Below are positions 56,358 to 64,000 of a stretch of DNA of 64,000 nt, piece by piece. Position numbers and translations under genes: made by a program. The notes under the pieces are model-generated. The model saw only the letters and a program-made list of their open reading frames with translations. It searched no databases and was not told where the DNA came from. Position 1 is the stretch's first letter; every line of letters starts with the position of its first letter. This DNA comes from Verrucomicrobiota bacterium (lineage in GTDB: Bacteria; Verrucomicrobiota; Verrucomicrobiia; Opitutales; Cerasicoccaceae), in the NCBI GenBank assembly GCA_039818205.1, contig JBCBUK010000001.1, positions 128,001-192,000 on the forward strand, given 5' to 3'.

Positions 56358-58859
56358 CTATTGATAGGTAATCTCGAGAACTGGGTTGGTCGCACCTTCC
56401 GAAGAAGAGAACCATACGTCGTTACCACCGCCATCCATGGTCACAACGAAGGTGATTTCTCCATTGCCAATGGAAGTGCCGAGGTCGATTTCCAGAGATC
56501 CGCCGTTAGCGTAGGAGCCAGTGACGCTACCGAGCTGAGCACCTTGGCTAGGCGCATTGCCCGCGGTGATGCTTGCTTCGGTCCAACCAGGGTTGCTGTT
56601 CCCCTGATATACGCGCACGGTGCCGCTACCCGACTCAGTATTCTGGAAGACCAGCTTAGCACCGGTAACCGTTCCACTTACACCGTTTACGTCGAACTTC
56701 AGGTAAGAGACTCGGAAGTTTGGCTCCACCTTAAGATTGGTGTCGTTGAACGGAGTCGAGCCCTGGATATAGGCGTCTTGGGTTGGGTTCTCGGTGACCG
56801 TTCCACCGGAGCTACCACCGCTTCCAAGTGTGAATTGGACCTGAGAACAATTGTCGTAAGCGGGGCCATTGGTCCAGTTTTCACCGACGTTATACAAACC
56901 TGCGGTGAACTTGTAAGTACCTGCTGGTTGGGTGCCGATATTCAGCGGAATCGTAGCCGTCGACGTCCCGGCAGGAACCGTTACCGTATTCGCGCCAATC
57001 CAGCCGTTGTCAGAAACGCGACGAATCTCAAGATAGATATCACGAGAAGCGGTTGCCTCATAATCCAATGCGATGTTCACGGTGCTTGCGTTCGCAACCG
57101 TGGACGGTAGCGAGGAGCACACCAACGCATTGTTCGTTGGGCCGGTACCGCCAGAAGTCAGACTGAACTGGATCTGTGAGCAATTATCATAAGCCGTTCC
57201 ATTCGACCAGTTCTCACCAACGTTATACATGCCGGCGGTGAACTTGTAAGTGCCGTCAGGCTGAGTCCCGATGTTCAACGGAATCGTAGCCGTCAAAGTT
57301 CCAGCCGGAACCGTTACCGTATTTGAGGTAACCCAGCCATTATCGGAAACGCGACGAACCTCAAGATAGATATCGCGAGAAGCGGTCGCCTCGTAGTCGA
57401 GGGCCACATTGATCGACGTAGCATTCGTAATTGTTGCGGGCAAGCTTGAGCAAACCAATCCATTGTTCGTCGGACCCGTGCCGCCGCCAGTGACCGAAAC
57501 ATTTACCGTCGCGCAGGTGGCGAAAGGATTCTGCCACCCAGCGCCAACTGCGCGCAGTGATGGTCGTAATTCACCTGCGGTACCAACGGCGGGTGCGCCT
57601 CCGTTTGGTGTAATGGTCACCGTTGCGGTACCAGAACCAGAGCCAACGGTGGTACGGAAGGTGCCACCCCAAACGCCATTGCCATACCACTCAACCGTTA
57701 CATCGCGGGGTCCAGCAGCCGAATACGGGATCTGGACATCAAACGACGCGGCTGACGCAACCGAGCTCGGCAACTGGCTGCAGTCGATGCTATCGTTTCC
57801 CGGGTTACCTCCGACAGGGCCTGGGACCGGGCCGTTGGCACTATTGGTATTGGTGACATAGCGATTCCAGAACTTCTGGATCGTATTGGCGTTGGTGCCG
57901 ACGTTGAAGATGTACCAGGTCTCCGCGGTGTCAGAGAAATCGACGCCACCATTGGAGATGTTGGAGTAACTTGGGAAGAAGCCGTGAGCGGCCAAGACAC
58001 TGTCCGCCTCAAGCCAGAGGTTGCGAGCGTGGGTGTTTGGGTTACTATTCGCCTCCGCTGAGGTCTGCCAATTGTTCGCCGAGCTGTTGTAGCCTGGGGT
58101 CGCGTTGTTACCATTACCATCCGCGATACGGCGGTAGTCCGTGTTGTTACGGACCCACTCAAGAACCGTTGCCTGACCAGCCGGAACTGAGCCACCACCA
58201 CTGATGCCACGCTTCGGTGTGGTCGTCGTGTTGTTCTCGTTCCAATTACTATGCTGCACAACAATGATCCGGTTGCGCGTATCGTTTGCCGTGTATCCGG
58301 TCGTGTTGATCAACGACTGAACCCAGTCACGTGTGAAGTCCATGTTGCCGGCGTCAGCGACGTAGACATTACCACCGCGATCAAGAGCCGTCTTGGCTTT
58401 TGCCACAACAGCATTGACGGCTGGAATCCAGTTCGTGTTCTGTCCCCAGTTTGCGCTGCCCGATGCGGGGAAATTCGAGTTTTGAGGGAAGGTATTGCGA
58501 TTGCCCATACCCGCTTGTGACCAGCGACCTGGCCCAAAAGCAAGGTCCATCAAAGCTGGAGCCGGTATAAAGTTATTGTTCTCGCAGACATTACAGTTGT
58601 AGCCCTGCATGCCCACGGTGCCTTGGACACCGTAGAAATCAACTCCATGAAGGTCGGGGTGAGCCAACATCGAGCCGACCGCGGCTATCGCTTGGATATC
58701 GTCCGGGTCCGGCTTACTGTCGAACTGGGCGATGTATAAATCCTTCGTCTTATCAAAATTGATCGTCGGAGGATTGTTGTTCACCGGGGTTGGTGATTGA
58801 GCTTGAGCCGCGTAAACAAACGCAAGCGAAGCAAGCCCCGCGAGGAGGTATTTTTTCAT
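56358..58859 (-). CDS. Secreted protein: nucleoside-hydrolase-like N-domain (DPDD), three Cys-bracketed Ig-like repeats, C-terminal DNRLRE/CBM96-like domain
   Basis: Signal peptide ..[36 protein letters not shown]-terminal PTQDAYI..SYLKFDV..AKL..SSEG..PVLEI. Confidence 0.7.
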   Translation of the reverse strand: MKKYLLAGLASLAFVYAAQAQSPTPVNNNPPTINFDKTKDLYIAQFDSKPDPDDIQAIAAVGSMLAHPDLHGVDFYGVQGTVGMQGYNCNVCENNNFIPAPALMDLAFGPGRWSQAGMGNRNTFPQNSNFPASGSANWGQNTNWIPAVNAVVAKAKTALDRGGNVYVADAGNMDFTRDWVQSLINTTGYTANDTRNRIIVVQHSNWNENNTTTTPKRGISGGGSVPAGQATVLEWVRNNTDYRRIADGNGNNATPGYNSSANNWQTSAEANSNPNTHARNLWLEADSVLAAHGFFPSYSNISNGGVDFSDTAETWYIFNVGTNANTIQKFWNRYVTNTNSANGPVPGPVGGNPGNDSIDCSQLPSSVASAASFDVQIPYSAAGPRDVTVEWYGNGVWGGTFRTTVGSGSGTATVTITPNGGAPAVGTAGELRPSLRAVGAGWQNPFATCATVNVSVTGGGTGPTNNGLVCSSLPATITNATSINVALDYEATASRDIYLEVRRVSDNGWVTSNTVTVPAGTLTATIPLNIGTQPDGTYKFTAGMYNVGENWSNGTAYDNCSQIQFSLTSGGTGPTNNALVCSSLPSTVANASTVNIALDYEATASRDIYLEIRRVSDNGWIGANTVTVPAGTSTATIPLNIGTQPAGTYKFTAGLYNVGENWTNGPAYDNCSQVQFTLGSGGSSGGTVTENPTQDAYIQGSTPFNDTNLKVEPNFRVSYLKFDVNGVSGTVTGAKLVFQNTESGSGTVRVYQGNSNPGWTEASITAGNAPSQGAQLGSVTGSYANGGSLEIDLGTSIGNGEITFVVTMDGGGNDVWFSSSEGATNPVLEITYQ
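56820..57485 (-). repeat. Tandem 333-bp (111-aa) intragenic duplication
   Basis: [15 protein letters not shown]...[23 protein letters not shown]...YKFTAG.YNVGENW...YDNCSQ occurs twice, with TTGTTCGT at 57130 and 57463. Confidence 0.92.
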
Positions 58860-59310
58860 TTTTAGTATACTAGGGTTACCTGGGGGTTGAGAACGAACAT
58901 GGCATACTCATGCACCGCGAGCGCACGCGATTGGCGCAAGCTTTCGCACAAACCAAGCGTTCAAGAAAAAGGGAGTAATTTCAGCAATAAGGGATCCGGT
59001 GGGAGGCCGGAACGGGAGGGAGTAAGTTTTGAGAGGGGGGGCGGAAAGTTCGAAACAAACGAACTGGAATGCCTGTGAACACTACTTCAGTTTTGTTTTC
59101 AAGGAAAAAATCTCCCCGATATAACAATTGAGGCACCCTACCTATTTACACGTATAAAGTCAATCTTCCATTGACCGACAACGATCGAAGATGTGCGCGG
59201 CCAGAGCAAGAGCTCGCAGCGGATCGAATGGTCTCAATGGCCAACTACTGAAATAAGACAGCGTCTGTGACCTATCCGTGCAGTCGGTCGACCTCAGCCC
59301 CCTGCATCTC

Positions 59311-60183
59311 TTAGGAAATCTCCCGATATTTTCGGATCATTTCGGCGAGCGCTCCAAAAACGCTCAAATTGAAGCCGGTTGTCAAAAAGATGAGGGTCTT
59401 ATCCGTCAAATTCTGCAGGAAGAACACGTCGTAGAAGAGGCTCACAACAAAACCGAAGAAAAAGAAAATAATCAGCGGCCCTAAGATTCGAAGCGGCGCA
59501 AACATCATCCCAGTCATTGCAATCAGGCGTATAAATCTGAGGGTATCGCGAATCGGTTTGATATGAGAAACTCCCTGGCGCGTAAAGTAATCGATCGGAA
59601 CAAACTTTACCGCGTACTGATTGCAAAGCATCGCCATCGTGATGGTCGTCGTCAGGCTGAAACCTGAGGGATAGATCGGCATATATTTGCAACCTACCTC
59701 GGTCCGGAACACCCGAAGCCCTGAGTTCATATCCGGAATGTCCTCCTGTGCGATCCAGACCATGAACCGTCTCAGAAAGATCTTGGGTATTTTTCTCAAG
59801 GTCGAGTATTCGACATTCTCGCCCGTCCGTGAACCGACTACCATATCGCAATTTTCACCCAGCCCATAGAGCTCAAACAGTTTCGCGGGATCATACGTTC
59901 CATCGGCGTCCACAATCCCTGTCCAATCATATTTGGCACGGCGCATTCCAGTTTTAATTGAGGCCCCGTATCCTTGATTCCTTCGATGACGGATGAGGTT
60001 AACCTTTGGGAATGCCTCGACTAAGCTGGCAGTCGCATCCGTCGAGCAATCATCCACCACGATTACCTCATGCTCGATATTCGATTGCTCGGCGGCTTCA
60101 AATAATCGTTTGAGCGTTTCGGTCACGCCCGCCGCCTCGTTGTAAGCAGGAATAATGATGGTGAGTCCCGGACGGGTATTCAT
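59311..60183 (-). CDS. Glycosyltransferase family 2 (polyprenol-phosphate glycosyltransferase-like), two C-terminal TM helices
   Basis: IIIPAYNE, VVDDCSTD, NQGYG, DADG and DMNSGLR motifs. Confidence 0.92.
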   Translation of the reverse strand: MNTRPGLTIIIPAYNEAAGVTETLKRLFEAAEQSNIEHEVIVVDDCSTDATASLVEAFPKVNLIRHRRNQGYGASIKTGMRRAKYDWTGIVDADGTYDPAKLFELYGLGENCDMVVGSRTGENVEYSTLRKIPKIFLRRFMVWIAQEDIPDMNSGLRVFRTEVGCKYMPIYPSGFSLTTTITMAMLCNQYAVKFVPIDYFTRQGVSHIKPIRDTLRFIRLIAMTGMMFAPLRILGPLIIFFFFGFVVSLFYDVFFLQNLTDKTLIFLTTGFNLSVFGALAEMIRKYREIS

Positions 60184-60250
60184 CCGAGGAATTTTGTCAC
60201 CCCACCCTGGGAGTCAACCAATTTCCAAGACCCAGAGGCGAGGACCGAGC

Positions 60251-60287
60251 AAAAAACAGCAGCCCATCGGCTAAGAAGAGCTGCTGT
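60251..60287 (-). terminator. Probable terminator after MDR gene
   Basis: ACAGCAGC...GCTGCTGT stem preceded by an A tract. Confidence 0.55.
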
Positions 60288-60308
60288 CCAATTCGTTCAA
60301 CCGACAAG

Positions 60309-61295
60309 CTAGTTTTCGACAACAACTTTGCCCATGCCCTGCTTGCTCTCCAGGCGGGCATAGGCTTCACCAACCTGCTCGAGCGAATAGCTCGTTTCGT
60401 CCAAGACTGGCTTCAACGCGCCAGCTTCCGCAATCTCCGTAAGCGCACTCAAAATCTCTGCATGCTCTTGGCGCCGAAAATCGTGGAGCATCGGGATGAG
60501 CATGAATACCACATGTAGCGACAACCCCTTGAAGTGGGCCAATGTTAGGTCGAGCTCACACATCGACACCGTTGAGGCAACTTGACCATTGAGCGCGGCT
60601 GCGGCGAATGAATTTGCCATATTCAATCCACCAACGGAATCGAACACCACCTCAAATCCAGCCCCATCAGTGTGCTTCGCTACGTAAGATTCGACGGATT
60701 CCGCTTTGTAATTGATGGCTGTGGCCCCGAGCTGCTCAATGAGCGCGAGCTGCTTGTCTCCGCCTCCCGTCGCATATACATCGGCTCCAAAGTGGTTCGC
60801 GAGTTGTAAGGCGATGTGCCCCACCCCGCCAGAACCGCCATGAACCAAAACCTTTTGGCCAGCTTTGATACCGGCGCGCACCAAACCTTCGTATGCCGTG
60901 ATGCCAACCAATGGAATCGCGGCCGCCTCGCGCATAGACAGATTTTTTGGCTTCTGTGCAACCAATCGACTATCCGCGCAGATGTATTCGGCCAAAGTTC
61001 CAGGAAGGTCCGCAAGCCCACCAGCACAGCCATATACTTCGTCTCCGATCGAGTAATGGCCAACGTCTTCGCCAACGGCTTCCACCGTCCCCGCAAAATC
61101 CATCCCGAGAATCGCGGGTGAGTCCGGAGACAACGGCAAATCCTTGCCCATGGAACGAATCATCGTGTCGACCGTGTTGACACTAGAAGCCGCGATACGA
61201 ACGAGCAGGTGACCGGGCTTGACCGCGGGTTTGTCGACCTCCACGGACTCAAAAGTTGCATCCGCACCGTAGCTATTGAGAATCATTGCTTTCAT
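60309..61295 (-). CDS. MDR-superfamily NAD(P)H quinone/enone oxidoreductase (Zn-independent ADH-like)
   Basis: SVNTVD, LGMDFAGTV, VLVHGGSGGVG and GKVVV motifs; no Zn-ligand GHE motif. Confidence 0.9.
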   Translation of the reverse strand: MKAMILNSYGADATFESVEVDKPAVKPGHLLVRIAASSVNTVDTMIRSMGKDLPLSPDSPAILGMDFAGTVEAVGEDVGHYSIGDEVYGCAGGLADLPGTLAEYICADSRLVAQKPKNLSMREAAAIPLVGITAYEGLVRAGIKAGQKVLVHGGSGGVGHIALQLANHFGADVYATGGGDKQLALIEQLGATAINYKAESVESYVAKHTDGAGFEVVFDSVGGLNMANSFAAAALNGQVASTVSMCELDLTLAHFKGLSLHVVFMLIPMLHDFRRQEHAEILSALTEIAEAGALKPVLDETSYSLEQVGEAYARLESKQGMGKVVVEN

Positions 61296-61335
61296 AAAGG
61301 GGGTCTTTGATTGGTTTGGTTGTGTGACCTTGAAA

Positions 61336-62181
61336 TTAGTTGATTTCCTGAACCTGCATCACGAGGTCGTTCCAGTTCCGCTGGTTCTCGATGTCGTGCT
61401 CCATACCTTTCTCATCAGCAATGGCGAATCGCTTGACGGCTGGCGTCTTGCTGGTTGCTTGATACAACCAATAAGCCTCGGCTTTCAGGGCCTCATCAAT
61501 TGGCTTATCGATCGACTCGTAGACTGCCTGTTTGCAAGCATTGATGGATTCGGCAGGAAACTTCGCAATTCGCTTAGCTAGCGCATCGACATAGGGCCCA
61601 ATCTCATCCGGATCGAGCGCCCGGTTAATTGTCCCGTAAGCTTCGGCTTCGTCAGCACCGAAGTCTCGGGCACTAAGGATAATTTCCAATGCCCGACCAA
61701 GCCCTGCCTGACGCGCCATGCGGGAGGCTCCACCACCACAAGGTAATATTCCCATGCCCACTTCCATCTGCATAAACTTGAACTTTCCTCGAGCTGCGAA
61801 GCGCATATCGAGGGCCAAAGCAAGCTCATGACCTCCACCTCGGGCAAATCCCTCGAGCTTAGCAATCGTTGCCTGAGGCACCTTACTGATGCGTTCACAA
61901 ACCGATTGAAGATCCAACAACTGGGCTTCGTCCCGGGAAACGGCTTCGGTCGACATATCCTTCAACAGCTCAGTGTCGTAGTGGCAAACCCAGATCTCCG
62001 GATTAGCCGATTGAAACACGACAACCTTTGTGTCGCGATCGCGCTCCAAGCGCATTGCCAAGCTGTTAAGGTCAGCCAACATTTCCTGTCCTTGGACGTT
62101 CACTGATCCGAAATCAAAAGTAACGGTTAGAATGCCGTCGCTTTGCTTTGTCGTAAATGTTGTAAATCCTGCGTATTTCAT
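61336..62181 (-). CDS. Enoyl-CoA hydratase/isomerase (crotonase) family protein
   Basis: IAKLEGFARGGGHELALALDMRFA and MEVGMGILPCGGG motifs. Confidence 0.9.
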   Translation of the reverse strand: MKYAGFTTFTTKQSDGILTVTFDFGSVNVQGQEMLADLNSLAMRLERDRDTKVVVFQSANPEIWVCHYDTELLKDMSTEAVSRDEAQLLDLQSVCERISKVPQATIAKLEGFARGGGHELALALDMRFAARGKFKFMQMEVGMGILPCGGGASRMARQAGLGRALEIILSARDFGADEAEAYGTINRALDPDEIGPYVDALAKRIAKFPAESINACKQAVYESIDKPIDEALKAEAYWLYQATSKTPAVKRFAIADEKGMEHDIENQRNWNDLVMQVQEIN

Positions 62182-62303
62182 GGCTCTCGATTATTCGATT
62201 TTGTTTTGAAATTTCTTCTTCGCTACGGGCAAAGACCTTTCCCTCCCCGCATTTTCCAACATTAGCCGAATCGCTTGAGCCATCAAAGTGAAACACTATA
62301 ACG

Positions 62304-62336
62304 AATATTGGTTTCTATAGCAAAAATATTGGCTTC
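62304..62336. promoter_or_regulatory. Candidate AraC tandem half-sites (21-bp periodicity)
   Basis: AATATTGGTTTC at 62304 and AATATTGGCTTC at 62325, between the divergent crotonase and AraC genes. Confidence 0.55.
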
Positions 62337-62426
62337 CTGAAGTGAAACAGCCTATTCGGAGCCTTGACATCCGGGTTATACTGGTTTTCGAGCAATTTCC
62401 GACCCATCACGGGCAATAATTTTACA

Positions 62427-63284
62427 ATGCAAACAGAATCCGCCCAACAAGCCTTTGAACTCCACGTCGAAGAGATATCGGCCTGGGGCAAGCGTGCGCA
62501 CAAACACAACTTCTTTGAGATCGTCTACGTCGAGCAAGGCGCCGGCCACCAATGCATCAACGTCCATGAATTCGAATACAAGGCGGGCAACATCTTCCTC
62601 TTGCCTCCGCTCGACTGCCACTCGTTCCGAGTATCCGAACCGTCGCGCTTCTACTACGTGCGCTTTACGGATCATTTCTTTTTAAACAAGAACGGCCTGA
62701 CCCAATATTCGGATTGGTTCGAAAACATCTCCTACATCCTCGCCAACTACAATCGGGTCCCGGGGGATATCATTTCATCTGAACGTGAACGACAATTCAT
62801 TATCCAGAACATCAAGGCCATCCACCAAGAGTACACGACTTCCGACGGCTACTCTGATGCCATCATCACCGGCATTGTTGCTTCAATCCTGAACATCCTT
62901 GCGAGGAGTATTGAGAATCGATACGTCGACGAGGCCAACGAAATCGAAAGCCGCTTCGGCGAGGTGCTCCGATACATCAACAAGAACTTAACCGATAAGG
63001 AAAAAACTCGCCTCCCTGCCCTGGCCGATCGCTTCGGCATCTCGCAGACCTACTTCTCAGAATACTTCAAGAAGCAAGCTGGCGAGAGTCTGGCGAATTA
63101 CATCATCAAGTCAAAGCTCCGCCTGGTGGAAACCAAGGTGCTCCACACGGACCTACCCCTCAAAGAAATTGCCTACCAACTGAACTTCACGGATAGCAGT
63201 CACCTCGCCCGCGCATTTAAGAAGGCCTATGGGGTGACGATTTCCGAGTTCAAAGCCATCGGCGGCAGCGTGCAATGTCGCTAA
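62427..63284 (+). CDS. AraC-family transcriptional regulator
   Basis: [11 protein letters not shown] cupin; [23 protein letters not shown]. Confidence 0.93.
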   Translation: MQTESAQQAFELHVEEISAWGKRAHKHNFFEIVYVEQGAGHQCINVHEFEYKAGNIFLLPPLDCHSFRVSEPSRFYYVRFTDHFFLNKNGLTQYSDWFENISYILANYNRVPGDIISSERERQFIIQNIKAIHQEYTTSDGYSDAIITGIVASILNILARSIENRYVDEANEIESRFGEVLRYINKNLTDKEKTRLPALADRFGISQTYFSEYFKKQAGESLANYIIKSKLRLVETKVLHTDLPLKEIAYQLNFTDSSHLARAFKKAYGVTISEFKAIGGSVQCR

Positions 63285-63681
63285 GATAAGGCGTCGATTA
63301 GGATAAATGGATCTGATTTAAACTGGGTACTTTTGTAGGATTCTCGCGGTCTGGTTAGCCATTCTTTACCGCGGTTTCGGTGCTTTTGTTTTCTGATCCT
63401 GAGGAGTTTGTGATCTCGGCCTTTGGCGGTGTAAATAATCGCGCAGTTGCGCCTCATCCAGACGAATGATCTAATCTCCGCCTACGGCGGTACTCTCGTT
63501 ATCCGTTTCGTTCCTCGATCTTGATTCTGTATAGGAACCTTCCTCCAAGATGAAAATCAAATGTGCGAAACAATCCCTACGTTATCTCCTTGGGGCTGCT
63601 TCACCGGTTCGAATTCAGCCTTCGAAATCACTTTGGTGGCTTGGGTTTGCCACGTGTTCTCGATCAGACTAGCACTCAGGC

Positions 63682-64000
63682 ATGCCCATTTCCCGTAAAC
63701 ATAGACAAAGGCTGTTCTGGATCGCGCATTCCGTTGGTTGGGGAGCAACGGCGCTCAACGCCGTCAACATGGTTCGCCTTCTCGAGGTCATGGGGGCTGG
63801 AATTCATGCACCGGCGGTAGCAATTTTACTGGGTATCGTCCGTGCGATCATTGGCTTTGTGTTCTCTGCAAGCTTGCTCAGGTACCTTCTTCGGATAGCC
63901 CGTAAGCAGTTCCGCATTCCCGGCCAGTTCGGAATATTGATTCCCTCGGCATTTCTGGTAACAGCGCTGGATACTGCCTTTTCGATTACGGTGCTTCAAA
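63682..64000 (+). CDS. 3'-truncated membrane protein, possibly the N-terminus of a LytS/YehU-type sensor histidine kinase
   Basis: Not in the ORF track because there is no stop in the window. ATG at 63682 opens MPISRKHRQRLFWIAHSVGWGATALN...ILLGIVRAIIGFVFSASLLRYLL..., with about 3 TM segments. FW....GW is typical of such sensors. Confidence 0.6.
   Translation, partial: MPISRKHRQRLFWIAHSVGWGATALNAVNMVRLLEVMGAGIHAPAVAILLGIVRAIIGFVFSASLLRYLLRIARKQFRIPGQFGILIPSAFLVTALDTAFSITVLQ

Noticed and set aside
56259..57110. 283-aa plus-strand ORF
   Set aside because: Antisense to the 833-aa secreted protein and spans its terminator.
58900..58948. Sigma-54-like TGGCA/TGGCG...GC motifs (also TGGCACG at 11538)
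   Set aside because: The GG-to-GC spacing is not 10 nt, and the motifs at 58900 face away from the adjacent gene.
63470..63590. CCGCCTACGGCGG hairpin and GTTA motifs as a possible REP or attC site
   Set aside because: Single copy in the window, no extended imperfect palindrome with R/L boxes, and no integrase.
63590..63630. GGTTCGAATTC resembling a tRNA T-loop
   Set aside because: No T-stem pairing or cloverleaf in the flanks.
1..64000. CRISPR arrays, IS elements, prophage, rRNA or tRNA
   Set aside because: No regularly spaced short repeats, no transposase, integrase or phage ORFs, and no structural RNA signatures seen. The long repeats found are intragenic domain duplications.

Overview
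Bacterial genomic DNA of moderate GC. Four PEP-CTERM genes, Verrucomicrobia-type helical-repeat proteins and the gene repertoire suggest a marine Verrucomicrobium (Opitutales-like); this is an inference. The window holds about 41 CDS and no recognisable rRNA, tRNA, CRISPR array or transposase. It is dominated by secreted and surface proteins for glycan and phosphorus scavenging. Contents in order: a partial DUF4955-like protein; a PEP-CTERM protein; an ECF41 cassette (CMD/AhpD gene plus SigJ-type sigma factor) with its consensus promoter; patatin, SDR and an L/F-transferase-like gene; an S8 protease with three malectin domains; a pilin-like gene; a sulfatase, ThuA, SSS and DUF1080 group; a PhoD-like phosphatase; a monoheme cytochrome c coupled to a catalytically dead HtrA-PDZ protein; a 2587-aa PhoX + EEP + endonuclease I megaenzyme; a ThuA/GSDH/PKD/CBM6/malectin protein; an AraC gene; a malectin/CBM6 protein; a LacI-controlled GH29 plus oxidative sugar-acid operon (RraA, MFS, split UxaA, SDR, AKR); two more PEP-CTERM proteins; a lone dynamin-like GTPase; an acyl-CoA ligase; a GT2; an AraC/crotonase/MDR cassette; and the start of a membrane sensor. 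The best candidates for undescribed biology are: (1) the single-chain extracellular DNA-to-phosphate enzyme, whose PhoX domain is inserted inside a cadherin repeat; (2) the cytochrome c + dead-protease pair; (3) the variant-GH29/RraA L-sugar pathway; (4) a shared non-PEP C-terminal domain on the two giant secreted proteins; and (5) an unannotated 54-aa ORF with SD/anti-SD architecture in the AT-rich 11.2-12.1 kb gap. All family calls come from motif recognition by eye, not database searches.
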